64,000 nt of DNA from Gekko japonicus (taxonomy: Eukaryota). Numbering within the stretch: position 1 is the stretch's first letter; each line of letters starts with the position of its first letter. The translations under genes were made by a program, and so were the position numbers. Below are positions 37,040-49,386 of the stretch, piece by piece. The stretch covers positions 1-64,000 of the forward strand of contig NW_015175487.1 in assembly GCF_001447785.1 (NCBI RefSeq). The letters run 5' to 3'. Below the pieces are notes generated by a model. That model was not told where the DNA came from, made no database searches, and was given only the letters and a program-made list of their open reading frames with translations.

Positions 37040-38367
37040 AAAGACCACCGTGCCTTTCTGCAGGAGTCAATGTCCCTCCTTGCCTGTCAGTCTCTATGGC
37101 ATGGTGCCAGCGCAGCAAGTTGGCAGCAAATAACGGATAGGCACGCTCCTTAGCAAGCTACCAGGGGAGGGGGACAGGTAGCGAACGCGTGGGAGCCTGC
37201 AGTGGCCCAGCCACAGCCATCATGAAGCACAGAGCATCAGGATCCAGGCAGGAAGGGAGGGCAGACACCTGTTGATTCCCAGGAAGGGGTGGCCTGGGCC
37301 ATGGGACTGCGGAGGGAGGGCCCCACAGTGCTCCACAGGGAACGCCCCTGCCCCACTGCAAGTTCCCTTTGCCAGGCAAGAGGAATGCAGAGCGGGACAC
37401 AGCAAAGGGAAGATGCAACTAAGCCAAAAAAAAAAAAAAACTGTCCCAAAATTGTCCAGTAGCTCATTAAGAAAAGGCAGGCATGAAAAGGGAGTCATGA
37501 GTTCGAGTCCCGTGAAGGGCCAAGTTGGCTAGCAGGCAACGATCCTAGCTGTGCTTATGCCCAGCAGCAAGCCTTATTATTATTGCAGTTTGTGGTTCTT
37601 CTTATTGTCTTTATATTTATCATTGGAGTTCTTATACATGTTATTAATTATTATTGATTGCTTCTTATTCTTATGATTATTAATATTAGAGTTTCTACAG
37701 TTTATAGCAATAATTATTATAGCACTTATTATTAAAGTTCTTATCCTCAATATTTGTATTATTTGGGTTAATAAAGTTGTTCTGAAACTGTGGCTGAATC
37801 TGCATTTGTCTTTCCCACCCGTGTCCCAGCCTTTTGACTCTGTCTTCAAAAAAGCTGTCTACATTTGGTGTCGTTTTCACACCTCAACAGTGCTAGCATA
37901 CTTTTGCACGTCCACATATGTTTATCGTCCTTTCAGGGCAGCTCCACCGTCATTGCACCTCCACACTGCTTTAAAAGAATCTTCTCCAAACAACATTCAA
38001 ACAAGCATAGAGAAAGACGGCGTCACAGCAGCACAAAACTGATTTAAAAATGCAAATACAGATTCGACCTAAATGAGAATGGATTAGGATAATCTGTACA
38101 ACCGCACAACTATTGTGAAACCAGGTTTCTTTTCTTCTGAAAGAAAAAAGGTTTTCCAGCCGTCTGCAAACACAGGTGTCCTTTGACTGCCATCCCTCAC
38201 GCAAACTCACTTGCTGAGCTTCAAGAGGCAGTGCTGAACCATGGCCTAGGCATATGGGAACGGGGCACAGAGGTGGCAGCAAAGGCCAGAGGTGGCCAAA
38301 GGCAGCAACTGTTCCAGGACAGGATATCAAGGGAGGAAGGGGAGAGACAGAGAGGAAGAGGAAGGCA

Positions 38368-38769
38368 CAGGGCTTTTTTTTGTAGAAACGCATTAGCATA
38401 ATGGGCCACACCCAACAGCAGAAACTCATCAGCATATTAGGCCACACCCCTGACGGTGCAGCACATTAGCATATTAGGCCACACACCCCATGTCTTCCCT
38501 TGGGTTGCCTGGGCGCCCCACAGCTGTGGGGAGCTTGGGCAAGCCATTCCTTGGACAGGCCGGGGAAGGCACAGGGAGGCATTTAAATGCATCCCCAATC
38601 CGTCCAGCCCCCCCTGGCCCACCCGCCTCGGAGTCACCGGGGGGGGGGTCACTCTCCAGGCCTTTCCTCTGTAGCCACACACGCAGAGGTTTTGGTTGTT
38701 GTGGGCGTGGCCAACTTTGAAGCCAGCCGGAACTCCGTTCCTGTGCGTTCCTGCCCAAAAATAGCCCTG
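38368..38769. mobile_element. hAT-type MITE (CAGGGC family)
   Basis: Same family as 7649-8037, in the opposite orientation. Confidence 0.7.
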
Positions 38770-39199
38770 GCCAGCTGCCTGGGGAAGGCTGAGAAGGGAC
38801 AGAGGAGGGAGGAAGGAAGGGGAACCCAGAGGTGGAGCCATGGCTCTGGGCAAAATAGGACAAACAGACCTCATGAGGCTTGCAGGAACTGACCCATGGT
38901 GTCGGCTGAGAGCGAATCAATTGAAAGGGAACTCTGGATATGTCAGTCATGCTTCTTGGGAAGGCAGAGGTCTGGAAGGAGGACATTGTGCTCCCCCCCC
39001 CGCGATGCGCTTCAGCTCACCCTTGTTCACTCACTTTCCTCCCAAATGTGGACACACAGTAGATTACAACCTTACCCTTTGCATTTTTGACTACACAACA
39101 GCCCTGCCTCTGGAATGAGGCTGTCCCTTCTTCAGAGCAGTCGGAATCACTTTTGGAGTGTAGGAGCAGAGATGCACAGGGACCAACGGCTCACCGTTA

Positions 39200-40135
39200 T
39201 TAGTGAGAAAACGATATCCTACCCAAGAGGTTCCTCAGGGCCTTTTTGACGTCTTTATTCCTGAGACTGTAGATGTAGGGGTTGGACATGGGGGTGACAA
39301 TCGTGTACACGAGAGCAAAAATGGTCCCTCGTTGGGAAGAATAGCTGGACGTGGGTAGGAAGTAGACCCCAGTGACAGCACCGTAGAAGAGCAGCACCAT
39401 GGTAAGATGAGAGCTACACGTGGAGAAAGCTTTGCGCCTTCTTGCAGCAGAGAACTTTATCACAGCTGCCACGATGCGGACATAGGTGACGACGATGAAG
39501 GCAAAAGGCCCGAGGATGACGGGAACGCCCTCGAAGAAGATGGCCGCTTCGTTGGCGCTGGTGTCTGAGGAGGAGAGCTGGAGCAAGGGCTGGTGGTCGC
39601 AGAAGAAGTGGGACAGGTGGTTGTCCCCACAATAACTGAGGCGCAGGAGGAGGCCAGCATGCAGCATGGAGTGGAGGGTGGAAACGATCCAGCACCCAGC
39701 CACCAAACGTCCACAGACTTTCTGGCTCATCACCGTAGCATAGTGGAGCGGGTTGCAAATGGCGACATAGCGATCCAGAGCCATGACACTCACCATGAAG
39801 ATGTCTGTGACACCAAACACGTAGAAGAAGAAGAACTGAGCCATGCAGGAATAGAAAGGGATTGCCTTGGAAGAGGACAAGAGGTGAACCAGCATCTGAG
39901 GCACCGTGACTGTGAGGAAGCCCATGTCCACCACAGAAAGGCTCCGCAGCAAGAAGTACATGGGGGTCTGAAGCCGGGCATCCACGGTGATCAGAAGGAC
40001 CATCACGATGTTGCCCAGGAGGCCTGCCCCATACATCAGCAGAAAAGAGGCGAAGAAGAAAGGCTTTTCTTTGGGTTGTGAGGAGAACCCCAGAAGCACA
40101 AACTCCGCAACATCCGTGCCATTCTCACAGTCCAT
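39200..40135 (-). CDS. OR1B1: Olfactory receptor, OR1B1-like paralogue B (311 aa)
   Basis: Close paralogue of 8585-9517. Start placed at 40135 (MDCENG) because the in-frame ATG at 40156 lies upstream of the acceptor ttctctccgcag. Confidence 0.95.
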   Translation of the reverse strand: MDCENGTDVAEFVLLGFSSQPKEKPFFFASFLLMYGAGLLGNIVMVLLITVDARLQTPMYFLLRSLSVVDMGFLTVTVPQMLVHLLSSSKAIPFYSCMAQFFFFYVFGVTDIFMVSVMALDRYVAICNPLHYATVMSQKVCGRLVAGCWIVSTLHSMLHAGLLLRLSYCGDNHLSHFFCDHQPLLQLSSSDTSANEAAIFFEGVPVILGPFAFIVVTYVRIVAAVIKFSAARRRKAFSTCSSHLTMVLLFYGAVTGVYFLPTSSYSSQRGTIFALVYTIVTPMSNPYIYSLRNKDVKKALRNLLGRISFSH

Positions 40136-40289
40136 GGGACCTGCGGAGAGAATCATAGTTGGAGACCGTCAGAAGGAACCAGAAGGTCTGACAGATACAA
40201 CTTTCTACCATAAAGTAGGCCCATCTTGAACTGAAAGGTTGGGAAATGTTTACATTGGGATCTTAAAGCCTAAGAGCTTTGTGCTTGAA

Positions 40290-41060
40290 CAAATTTAGAG
40301 TCCAGTGGCACCTTTAAAACCAACAAAGGTTTATTCAAGGTATGAGCTTTCATGCGCAAAGCACACTTTTTCAAATACAGTGGGATGAGAGGTAAGGTTC
40401 AGATTTATAGGCTGAACAGCAAGTTAACATGTAACATGATGAAGATGTTTTAAGGTAAGCAAAAACAGAATTAAATAACGAGCTAAGGTTATAAGTGTTG
40501 GAAATGTATGTTTTAACAAGGTCTGACAATCCAGTCATGATAGGGTTAACTTGTTTACCTAGTATCGCTATTGTTTGGACTGACCTGGAATGGAAACCTG
40601 GCACAGAGCCAATGGGGGATTAGCCCGGGAAAAGGTGTGATACAGATTGGTTGGTTGTTTTCAGGTGACTTTCTTTCTAGGGGTCGAGAAGAAGGACAGA
40701 TTCTCCATTATCTCTGTGTTAGTGTGTAACAATGGTTGAACTGTAAGCAGTAGAAAATGTAGCTCTTAGATGTTCTGTTTATTTGTAGGTTTCCTGTATA
40801 CCATTTGCCCTTAGAAATAAAGGTTTTTATAAGCAAAAAAATCTCTTATTTCCGATAGAGCAAGATCCATCGATACTCAGAGTATTTTAAATACTTTTGA
40901 CTATTTTACAACAATAAGGTCATTAGTTGTAAAGCAATGAACATGTCAAGGTAGAACAAACGTTGTGCTTTTTAGGCACACTTTTCATTTTCGAGGGCTT
41001 GTCAGTTGCCATAAAAAGCAAACTATTTTATACTGGCTATCAATCTAATACTGCTTTGCT
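40290..41060 (-). mobile_element. Degenerate Penelope-like fragment
   Basis: Terminus gagtccagtggcacctttaaaaccaacaaag...ggtatgagcttt is shared with other Penelope-like ends in the window. Confidence 0.45.
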
Positions 41061-41144
41061 CCACCCTTTTCCCCAGGGAGCTCAGGGTGGAAAACGTACT
41101 TCTCCCTTTCTCTTTTTCTCTCTCCTCAGGACAGTACTTTAAGG

Positions 41145-41581
41145 CAGGAGTGTCAAACATGCGGCCCGGGGGCCGGATTAGGCCCCCGGAGGGCTTCTAT
41201 CAGGCCCGCAGTGGAACTGGCTGTCTTCTGCTTCTTCTTCCAGTTCTGCTGCTGCTGCGTCATCGTAGGTCTGCAGCTTACAGATATACCCCTGAACAGC
41301 ATACTCAAGATTGCAACAGCACAGACATTTTGATGCAGTAATTCAGAGCAAGAGGTGTCCGTTATCAGACACTGTTAAATAAACAAAATATTTGCAAGAG
41401 TGCTAATGTTTTAAGCATGATTTTATTTTAAGTGGAAAAAACCCTTTGTGTTTGTGTCCTTTATAAAGTTTATATCTCCGCTACCTGGCATTACATTTTA
41501 TGACACACATGGCCCAGGGGCCCAACAAGGTCTCATTTATGTCAGATCTGGCCCTCATAACGAATGAGTTTGACACCCCTG
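41145..41581. mobile_element. hAT (Charlie-like) non-autonomous element
   Basis: CAGGAGTGTCAAAC / GTTTGACACCCCTG TIRs and TSD CTTTAAGG/CTTCAAGG. Confidence 0.8.
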
Positions 41582-42089
41582 CTTCAAGGTATATTAGGCT
41601 GAGAGAGAGTGAGTGGCCCAAAGACCCTCAGCAAGCTACATGGCAGACAGGGGATCTGATACTAGATCCCCCAAATCTGACACGCTAACCACTAAATTCG
41701 AGTCCAGTAGCAACTTAGAGACGACGAAGAGTTTCAAGTCAGAACCTTTTGAGAGTCGAATATCCTTTTGTGCAGGGTTGCCCGGAGATTTGAGGGTGGA
41801 GCCTGGGAGTGTGGGGTTTGGGGAGGGGAGGGAACTCTGTCGGGTACAATGCCATGCAGTCCGCCTCCTGAAGCTGCCATTTTCTCCAGTAGAAGCGGAA
41901 TAAATGCTTTAGGTAAATAAACAGACAATCTATGTAGCCCGGAGAGATCAGTTGTAATTCCGAGAGATCCCCAGCCCCCACCTGGAGGTTGGCGACCCTA
42001 TTTGTCAGGAGTAGAGTAGAAGCGGAGATCTCTGAATCCTGTTATCCTAGTCAGAAGGTGGGAGGGGTATTGTCAAGAATGCCTGTAGA

Positions 42090-42560
42090 GGATTGAAGGG
42101 TGACATGACAGAGGTTTACCACGTTCTGCATGGGATAGAGAAAGAAGAACTTTTCTCCCTGTCTCGCACTACAAGAACTCGTGGGCACACCATGAAATTG
42201 ATGAGCAGGAGGCTTAGAAGAGGTCAAAGGAAGCACTTCTTCACCCAAGGAGTCATTGACATGTGGAATTCACTGCTGCAGGAAGTGGTGGCCACAAGCA
42301 CAGACAGCTTCAAGAGGGGACTGGATAAACATAGGGAGCAGAGATTAGCCAGAAGGTATAGATGGAACACTCTGTCTGGGGCAGGGATGCTCTGTACTCT
42401 TGGTGCTTGAGGGGGGGGCAACAGTGGGAGGGCTTCTGGAGCTCTGGCTCTGCTGGGGGACCTCCTGATGGCCCCTGGGTTTTGGCCACTGTATGACACA
42501 CAGTGTTGGACTGTATGGGCCATGGGCCTGATCCAGCGTGGCTTCTCTGATGTTCTTAGG
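42090..42560 (+). mobile_element. CR1 LINE 3' fragment
   Basis: Peptide RTRGHTMKL...KHFFTQGVIDMWNSL and a gatgttctta tail. Confidence 0.8.
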
Positions 42561-43237
42561 ATGCATGTCATCAGCTTGTATATAATCAGTTTGATTATAT
42601 ATAATGCTTGGGGGTCATTTCCCCTCTGCTGCAATCAAGCTGATGACAATATGCATTGTACCTCTGCATCTTCTACAAGTATTCTTGACAACACCCCTCC
42701 TACCTTTGGGGGGGTATTTTTTTTTTTGTACTTTTCGTATGTGTGTGTGCATGTGAGTGTGTGTGCACCTGGGAGTCATGCCAACCTCTGGTGACTGGCC
42801 TCTACTGGAGGCCTGGAGGATATTCAGAGAGGTGGCTGAATAAAGCCTGCCCCCGCCTCCCAGCTCTGGCATTGTCCCACCTCTGGCATTGCATTCCTTG
42901 GAGGTCTCCCATCCAAGTACTTGCCAGAGTCGACCCTGCTTAGCTTCCGAGACCTGATGAGATCGGCCTTGCCTGGGCTCTCCAGGTCAGGGCACCCCTC
43001 CCACCTTCTGACTGGGATAAAAGGACTCCAAGATCTCCATTTCTCCTTTACCCATGTCTGGCGAAGGGAGCTTTGACTCTCAAATGTTTATCCCCTGAAA
43101 CTCTGGTTCGTCTCTAAGGTGCTACTGGACTCCGATCTAATTGTTCTGCTGCAGAACACCATGTCTGCCCTCTGACGCTACTACAGCGGTTCTCAGTAAT
43201 AAAGAACTTCAAAGATTAAATGTCATTGCATGTAAAC

Positions 43238-43819
43238 CTACCTGAGGGACCGCCTTTTCCCGCATGTACCCCCAAGAGCACTTCGGTCGGGGACCCAAAA
43301 CCGTCTGGTGATCCCAGGTCCCCGGGAGGTAAAACTTGCTACGACCAGGGCTAGATCCTTCTCAGTGGCGGCCCCTACCTGGTGGAACGAGCTCCCGGAG
43401 GAGATCAGGGCCCTGCGGGACCTTATGCAGTTCCGCAGGGCCTGCAAGACGGAGCTCTTCCGCCAGGCTTTCATATAGGGGTTGCCGCTGCCACCACCAC
43501 CAACGGTGGCAATACCATCGGGATTCGGGATCGCCCTGGGAAACTCAGCCATACACTGCGCGGCATTAACAACGTGGGACTGGAACGATCTACTGGACAG
43601 TGGTACCCCAACAGGGCTGACTGGAAGATGCTACCATAACACTCAAGACCATCTTGTCTACTGAAAGCACTTTATTATTGTTATTACTGTTATTATTGTT
43701 ACTATTGTCATTTTACTGTTTTACTGGGTTTTATGCATGGGCTTTTGCCCCCTTGTAAGCCGCCCTGAGCCCGCTTGCGGGGAGGGCGGGATAAAAATAC
43801 CTAAATAAATAAATAAATA
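43238..43819 (+). mobile_element. L2 LINE 3' end
   Basis: YLRDRLFP...RSFSVAAPTWWNELP peptide and gtaagccgccctgag...(AAAT)n tail. Confidence 0.75.
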
Positions 43820-43829
43820 CTTTCACATA

Positions 43830-43990
43830 GCCCTGACCTGGATAGCCCGGGCTAGCCCAGTCTTGTCAGATCTTGGAAGCTAAGCAAGGTCAGCCTTGGC
43901 TAGTATTCAAAAGGGCGACCTCCAAGGAATACCAGGGATGTGACGCAGAGGCAGGCAATGGCAAACCACCTATGAAACGTCTCTTGTCTT
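43830..43990 (+). mobile_element. 5S rRNA-derived SINE
   Basis: 5S-like head tcagatcttggaagctaagcaagg. Confidence 0.65.
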
Positions 43991-44679
43991 AAAACAAGCC
44001 TAGCTCGCCACCTAGTGGCACATAATGCTGAAAGAGCTAGAACCTTTGGCTGCCAGACAATCTTAGGATCTCCTGGCTATACCATACACACTACCATACG
44101 ATAATTATTAATTATTATTACTTTCAGACAGTAAACACTACAGCAGTTGTCTGCTACCGCCTGTTGCTGCATGCAAGCAATCGAACACTAGCAAACATTT
44201 GAAAATGTTACACTTCGGCTGTGAGATTAGCCATATTTGCAGTGCCAAATATTTTAAAGTATCAGTACTGAAATCAAAGGTCATTGGATGTGGTATATGC
44301 TGATATCAAATTCTGTACATTCTGTCAGAACTTTGAAGAAAATCTTGGAGGGAAAATTCATTTCAGGTCCACAATCAATCACTTACAAGTTCCCAGAGAA
44401 CACCCTACAATCCTTCTTGCCAACTCAAATGTTGAATTCCTACTTCTTTCTCCTGCTCTGTCATTTTGCATTTGACGTGATGTAACCATGTCAGGTATTT
44501 CTATGTTCCTCAGACCTGGAGGGCAGGGGCTGAGAAGTGCATGTTACGATGATAAATTAATGGCCTTATAGCCCCCTTTAGGTATGCATACTTCAAATGT
44601 ATGCCACAGAATGAGCATTCAACAGGCAAGTCTCTCTCCATCAATTGCATCATCAATAATAACTCTCTTTAAACAATGG

Positions 44680-45240
44680 GACACTCTGGTTTTGTCCTGG
44701 TTGAAGGGGAAATCATGTTAGGCAAATCTTTTATTCTCCCTACATTTATATATTATTTTCGTACCTTGCCTATTCCAATTTCTAACTCATATTTTAAACT
44801 CTGGCAGCAAACTCTTATAGACTTTCTTTGGAACTCTAAAAAAATCCCCCAGAGTTAGTTTTCAGACTCTTAAAAGAGCACTCAGGCAAGGTAGTTTGGG
44901 ATTTCCAGTCCTCCAACTATATTATGATGCAGCTCAGATAGCAAACCTGATTTTAATGCTCAACCCAAATGCTGGATTGGAAATACGTAGAACTGTCCTA
45001 TACTTTCCTTAAAACACTCGCTGAGGTTATCTGGAATAGACCCAAGGAAAGGGCATCATCTGTGACTGACAACAGATTTCTAACTACCACTTTAAACCTT
45101 GGGGATTTTTGGAGACCTAAACATGCTCCATCAGTTTCACCTCTCTCCACCTTCTTGGGGCAAGCTCGGTTTGAACCTGGGCATTCCCTTTCATGGACAA
45201 TCATTTTAGCCTCAGTTGACATAGAGTGGAAGTCATAAAA
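44680..45240 (+). mobile_element. L1-clade ORF2 fragment
   Basis: ILPTFIYYFRTLPIPI...FLWNSKK and GSLGFPVLQLYYDAAQ; frameshifted. Confidence 0.65.
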
Positions 45241-46117
45241 AGAAGAGGACCGAATGTTGGCAAAACACAATCCTTAATCTCCGTTCACCTCAATCCACAC
45301 CAAGTGTGAGAATCTCTATATTTACTTTGCCAAACCAATGAAGACAAGTAGGTTTCTATACACCACTTTTCTCCACCTTAAGGAGTCTCAAAGCAGCTGA
45401 CGATCGCCTTCCCCTCCTCTCCCCACAACAGGCACCTTGTGAGGGAGGTACATAAGAACATAAGAGAAGCCAATGTTGGATCAGGCCAATGGCCCATCCA
45501 GTCCAACACTCTGTCACACAGTGGCCACAAATACCAGGTGCCATCAGGAGGGCCACCAGTGGGGCCAGGACATTAGAAGCCTTCCCACTGTTGCCCCCCC
45601 CCAAGCACCAAGAATACAGAGCATCACTTGCCCCAGACTGAGAGTTCCTATCTATACCTTGTGGCTAATAGCCACTGACGGACCTCTGCTCCATATGCTT
45701 ATCTGATTACCTCTTGAAGCCGCCCATGCTTGTAGCCGCCACCACCTCCTGTGGCAGTGAATTCCATACAGGTAGGGCTGATGGAGTTCTGAGAGAACCG
45801 TAACTGGCCCAAGGTCACCCAGCAGGCTTCACATGGAGGAGGAGTGGGGGAATGAAACCTGGTTCTCCAGACTAGAGTCCACTGCTCTTAATCACTACAC
45901 CACACTGGCAAACCGATGGATGGCAGACAGCTAGGACATTGCAAAAGGAAGAATATTCTTAGAAGAAGAAGACAAGCTCAAAAGACTTCAGGAACATGAA
46001 CACCTGAAGCTGCCTTAGACTGAATCAGACCTCTGTTCCATTGAGGTCAGTATTGTCTACTCAGACTGGCAGTGGCTTTCCAGAGTCTCAGGCCGAGGTC
46101 TTTCAGTTTGGTGTAGT

Positions 46118-46402
46118 GCCAGTTTGGTGTAGTGGTTAAGTGCGCGGACTCTAATCTGGGAGAACCGGGTTTGATTCCCCACTCCTCCACTGGCACCTGG
46201 CTGGATGACCTTGGGCAAGCTGTAGCTCTGGCACAGCTGTTCTTGAAAAAGAGCCGTTTCTGTCAATAGTTCTCTCAGCCCCACCTACCTCACAGGGTGT
46301 CTGTTGTGGGGAGGGGAAGGGAAAGGAGTTTGTAAGTCGCTCTGAGACACCTTTGGGTAGTGAAGGGTGGGGTATAAATCCAATCTCTTCTTCTTCTTCT
46401 TC
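46118..46402 (+). mobile_element. tRNA-derived SINE (Squam3-like)
   Basis: Full family sequence. Confidence 0.85.
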
Positions 46403-46997
46403 TTTCCCATCACCTGCTGCCTGGTTCTTAACTGGCAATGCCAGGGATTGAACCGCGGACCTTCTGTGTGCCAAAGCAGATGTTCCACTCATCTCCTTTT
46501 CTCACTGACACATTCAAGGCTGTGCCCGTGTGCACAAACCACACATAAACATGTTTACTTCTTTCATACCAGAAGGACATTCGTACCATTCGTTGCTCTG
46601 GGCAAACAAATCAGTCCCCACCCCCAAGGAACTACTATCAGTCAGTGCCTACATGAGAATGGTTCAGATGGAAGCATCAGAGATGGCTTGCCATTCCACC
46701 CAACTTGTGCTTACCTTTGCCCAGACGATCCTGACCTCATCGACTTGCCCTTCAGACACTGGAGAAATGCACCGAGTGAAAAAAGGAATAGTAGAACCAC
46801 CGGGGAGAATTACTCCTGGAGTCTTGAAGCAGTCAGGCAGGTTCCCTTTTCAGCATCGGCACTGTGAAATCCCTGAGGACAGAGCACAGAGGGCCAGAAT
46901 AGATGCTGTTTGTCTCCTTCACTGTTCTCGAACTACAAACTCAAACTTTTTTTAAAAAATGATATCACCGTCTCTTCTACACCGGTTTGGTGTTGTG

Positions 46998-47593
46998 CAG
47001 GGGTGGCCAAACCGTGGCTCAGGAGCCACACGCGGCTCTTTGACATATATTGTGCGGCTCCCGGCAGGGTGGCTGGGAATGCAAAGAAGAGGCGTGCCTC
47101 CCCAATTGGTCTTCCCTTTCCCAGCCAGCTGACATGGGGGCGGGGGGGGGGGCTTGGAGGATGCATTTAAAAGTTTAAGTTGCTTTCCTTCCACCCCTCC
47201 CTTCCTCCCCTTCNNNNNNNNNNNNNNNNNNNNNNNNNNNNNNNNNNNNNNNNNNNNNNNNNNNNNNNNNNNNNNNNNNNNNNNNNNNNNNNNNNNNNNN
47301 NNNNNNNNNNNNNNNNNNNNNNNNNNNNNNNNNNNNNNNNNNNNNNNNNNNNNNNNNNNNCTCTCTTAGACAAATAAATATCATTAGCAAACAAATGAAC
47401 ATCATCGGATAGATAAATATCTTTATCAATACCTGTTTTTACCCCTCTTGTTTTTATTTAATGTTAATGAAAAGCAAATTTGCATATTTTTCAATAAAAA
47501 CATGTGTGTGATATTTGTTCATGTCTTGCGGTTCTCAGATGTCTGACGTTTATTCTGCGTGGCTCTTACATTAAGCAAGTTTGGCCACCCCTG
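46998..47593. mobile_element. hAT-type element spanning a gap, inserted in a SINE head
   Basis: TIRs CAGGGGTGGCCAAAC / GTTTGGCCACCCCTG. Confidence 0.75.
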
Positions 47594-47967
47594 GTCTAGT
47601 GGTTAAGAGCGCGGATTCTAATCTGGGAGAACCAGGTTTGATTCCTCACTCCTCCACATGCAGCTGCTGGGTGTGACCTTGGGCTACTGGTACATATTGA
47701 GGTCACATTGTCCTTGATAAGACAATTTTATTTGCGCTCTTAGGACCTAAACTGGAAAATACATATTGATACTAATACTATTTCCAATAGATGTAACTAC
47801 TTCTGACACAAGGCCAGATACATTTGTGGCCTCACGAATAAAAATCTTTTTGTGTGTCATTCAATTCCAGATTGGAACATTCCATTTTTTGTCTATATTA
47901 ATTGTTTACTGCCTTACATGTGTAACAGGGACTTTGTTGCATGGTGTATTTTGTACTCTGTACTATT

Positions 47968-48011
47968 TGACCTCTGAAGAAGGCACTTGTGAGCCGAAAC
48001 GCGACAGGTCA
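47968..48011 (+). ncRNA. Minimal hammerhead ribozyme-like motif in a Penelope-like relic (about 47690-48215)
   Basis: TGACCT-CTGAAGA-A-GGC(acttgtga)GCC-GAAAC-GCG-AC-AGGTCA. The conserved U before the cleavage site is A here. Confidence 0.5.
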
Positions 48012-48549
48012 TACACTGTTCTTTTTTGCGCATTTGTCACTTTGAACATTTTATGAGGCTTTATTTGGGGCCCTACAATGTTTTTTATATGTCTTTGAAA
48101 TAAACACACTTTTGTCTATACTTATTTATGTTTTTAACTTTTGGCCCTTAACAAGTTTTCTAGACTTCCTTTGGAGGTTTTTGCTTGGTTGGTTTAGTTT
48201 TTCTTCCCCTCTTTTTGTGGGTGACCTTGGGTCAGTCACAAGTTCTTTCAGAGCTCTTCTCTCAAGAGCAGTTCTCGAGAGAGCTCTCTCAGCCCCACCT
48301 ACCTCACAGGGTGTCTGTTGTGGGGTGGGGAAGGGAAAGGAAAGGAAATTGTAAGCCATTCTGAGATGCCTTCGGGTAGTGAAGGGCGGGGTATAAATCC
48401 AATCTCCTCCTCCTCCTCCTTCTGCCAGTGCTCGACATCCAGTCTCTGGTTTAGGAAGATGGGTGTCTGAGGGAGAATCTACAGTGGAAACGAGCATCAG
48501 AGAAGGGATCAGTAGAATGCAATGCAAAAAGCGGGTTAATACTTTGCGG

Positions 48550-48731
48550 CAGGGCTCTACTGGTAGCAGGAGCTCCTTTGCATATTAGGCCACACACCTC
48601 TAATGTAGCCAATCCTCCAAGAGCTTACAGAGCTCTTCTTACTGGGGCTACTGTAAGCTCTTGGAGGATTGGTTACACTAGGGGTGTGTGGCCTAATATG
48701 CAAAGGAGCTCCTGCTACCAGTAGAGCCCTG
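48550..48731. mobile_element. Palindromic hAT-type MITE
   Basis: About 80-bp near-perfect inverted arms and TSD CTTTGCGG. Confidence 0.9.
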
Positions 48732-49108
48732 CTTTGCGGGATAGAATCAAGGGAGCAGACCGTATCTGCGCTAGCCTCTATGACATAATCACGTTCAATG
48801 AGCGTGTGGCAGGGGAGGAAGAGTTCATGACCATTGTCTCTGCCACTCCAACCCAAGTGTGTTCAGCTGAAGGAAGGAATAAAGCCTGTGCATCTATAAA
48901 TTGTATTTTCAGCCTTTCCTCATAGGGAAGGTGCTCCAACCCCCCTAATCATCTCGGTTGCCCGCCTCCGTACATTTTCCAGCTCTGCAATGTCCTTTTG
49001 AAGGTACGGTGACCAGAACTATACAGAGGATTCCAAATGAGTCTGCACCATAGATCTATACAGGGGCATTACAATATCAGCCATCTTATTCTCAATCCCT
49101 TTCCTAAT

Positions 49109-49386
49109 TGTTATGTAGTGGGTTGCCGCATGGATAAACGACCGGCGATGATGTGGTGCATGGCACACTTTATTTGGTACACAACACGAACAAGGACAAA
49201 CGGCCGGCAGGCCAACTATATACCTACCTGGGGACACACCCCTGGTCACCATTGGTGGGTTTGAATCTCCCGCCATGGTTCCCATTGGTTCCCCAGTGGA
49301 GGGACTAGGAGCCTAGTCCCTATTGTTCTTCCAGAGCCAAGCTCTGGCTGTTCGCTGGCCCCCGGTGGTGGTCAGCATACACTACA
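49109..49386 (-). mobile_element. Solo LTR inserted in a CR1 fragment
   Basis: TGT...ACA ends and 5-bp TSD CTAAT. Confidence 0.8.

Noticed and set aside
36615-37133. 172-aa ORF as the alternative terminal exon
   Set aside because: It is phase-compatible via the acceptor at about 36805, but 36963 has the stronger pyrimidine tract and a more motif-like product. Not fully excluded.
40136-40156. N-terminal extension MILSAGP of the OR
   Set aside because: It overlaps the intron acceptor, and the paralogue starts at MDCENG.
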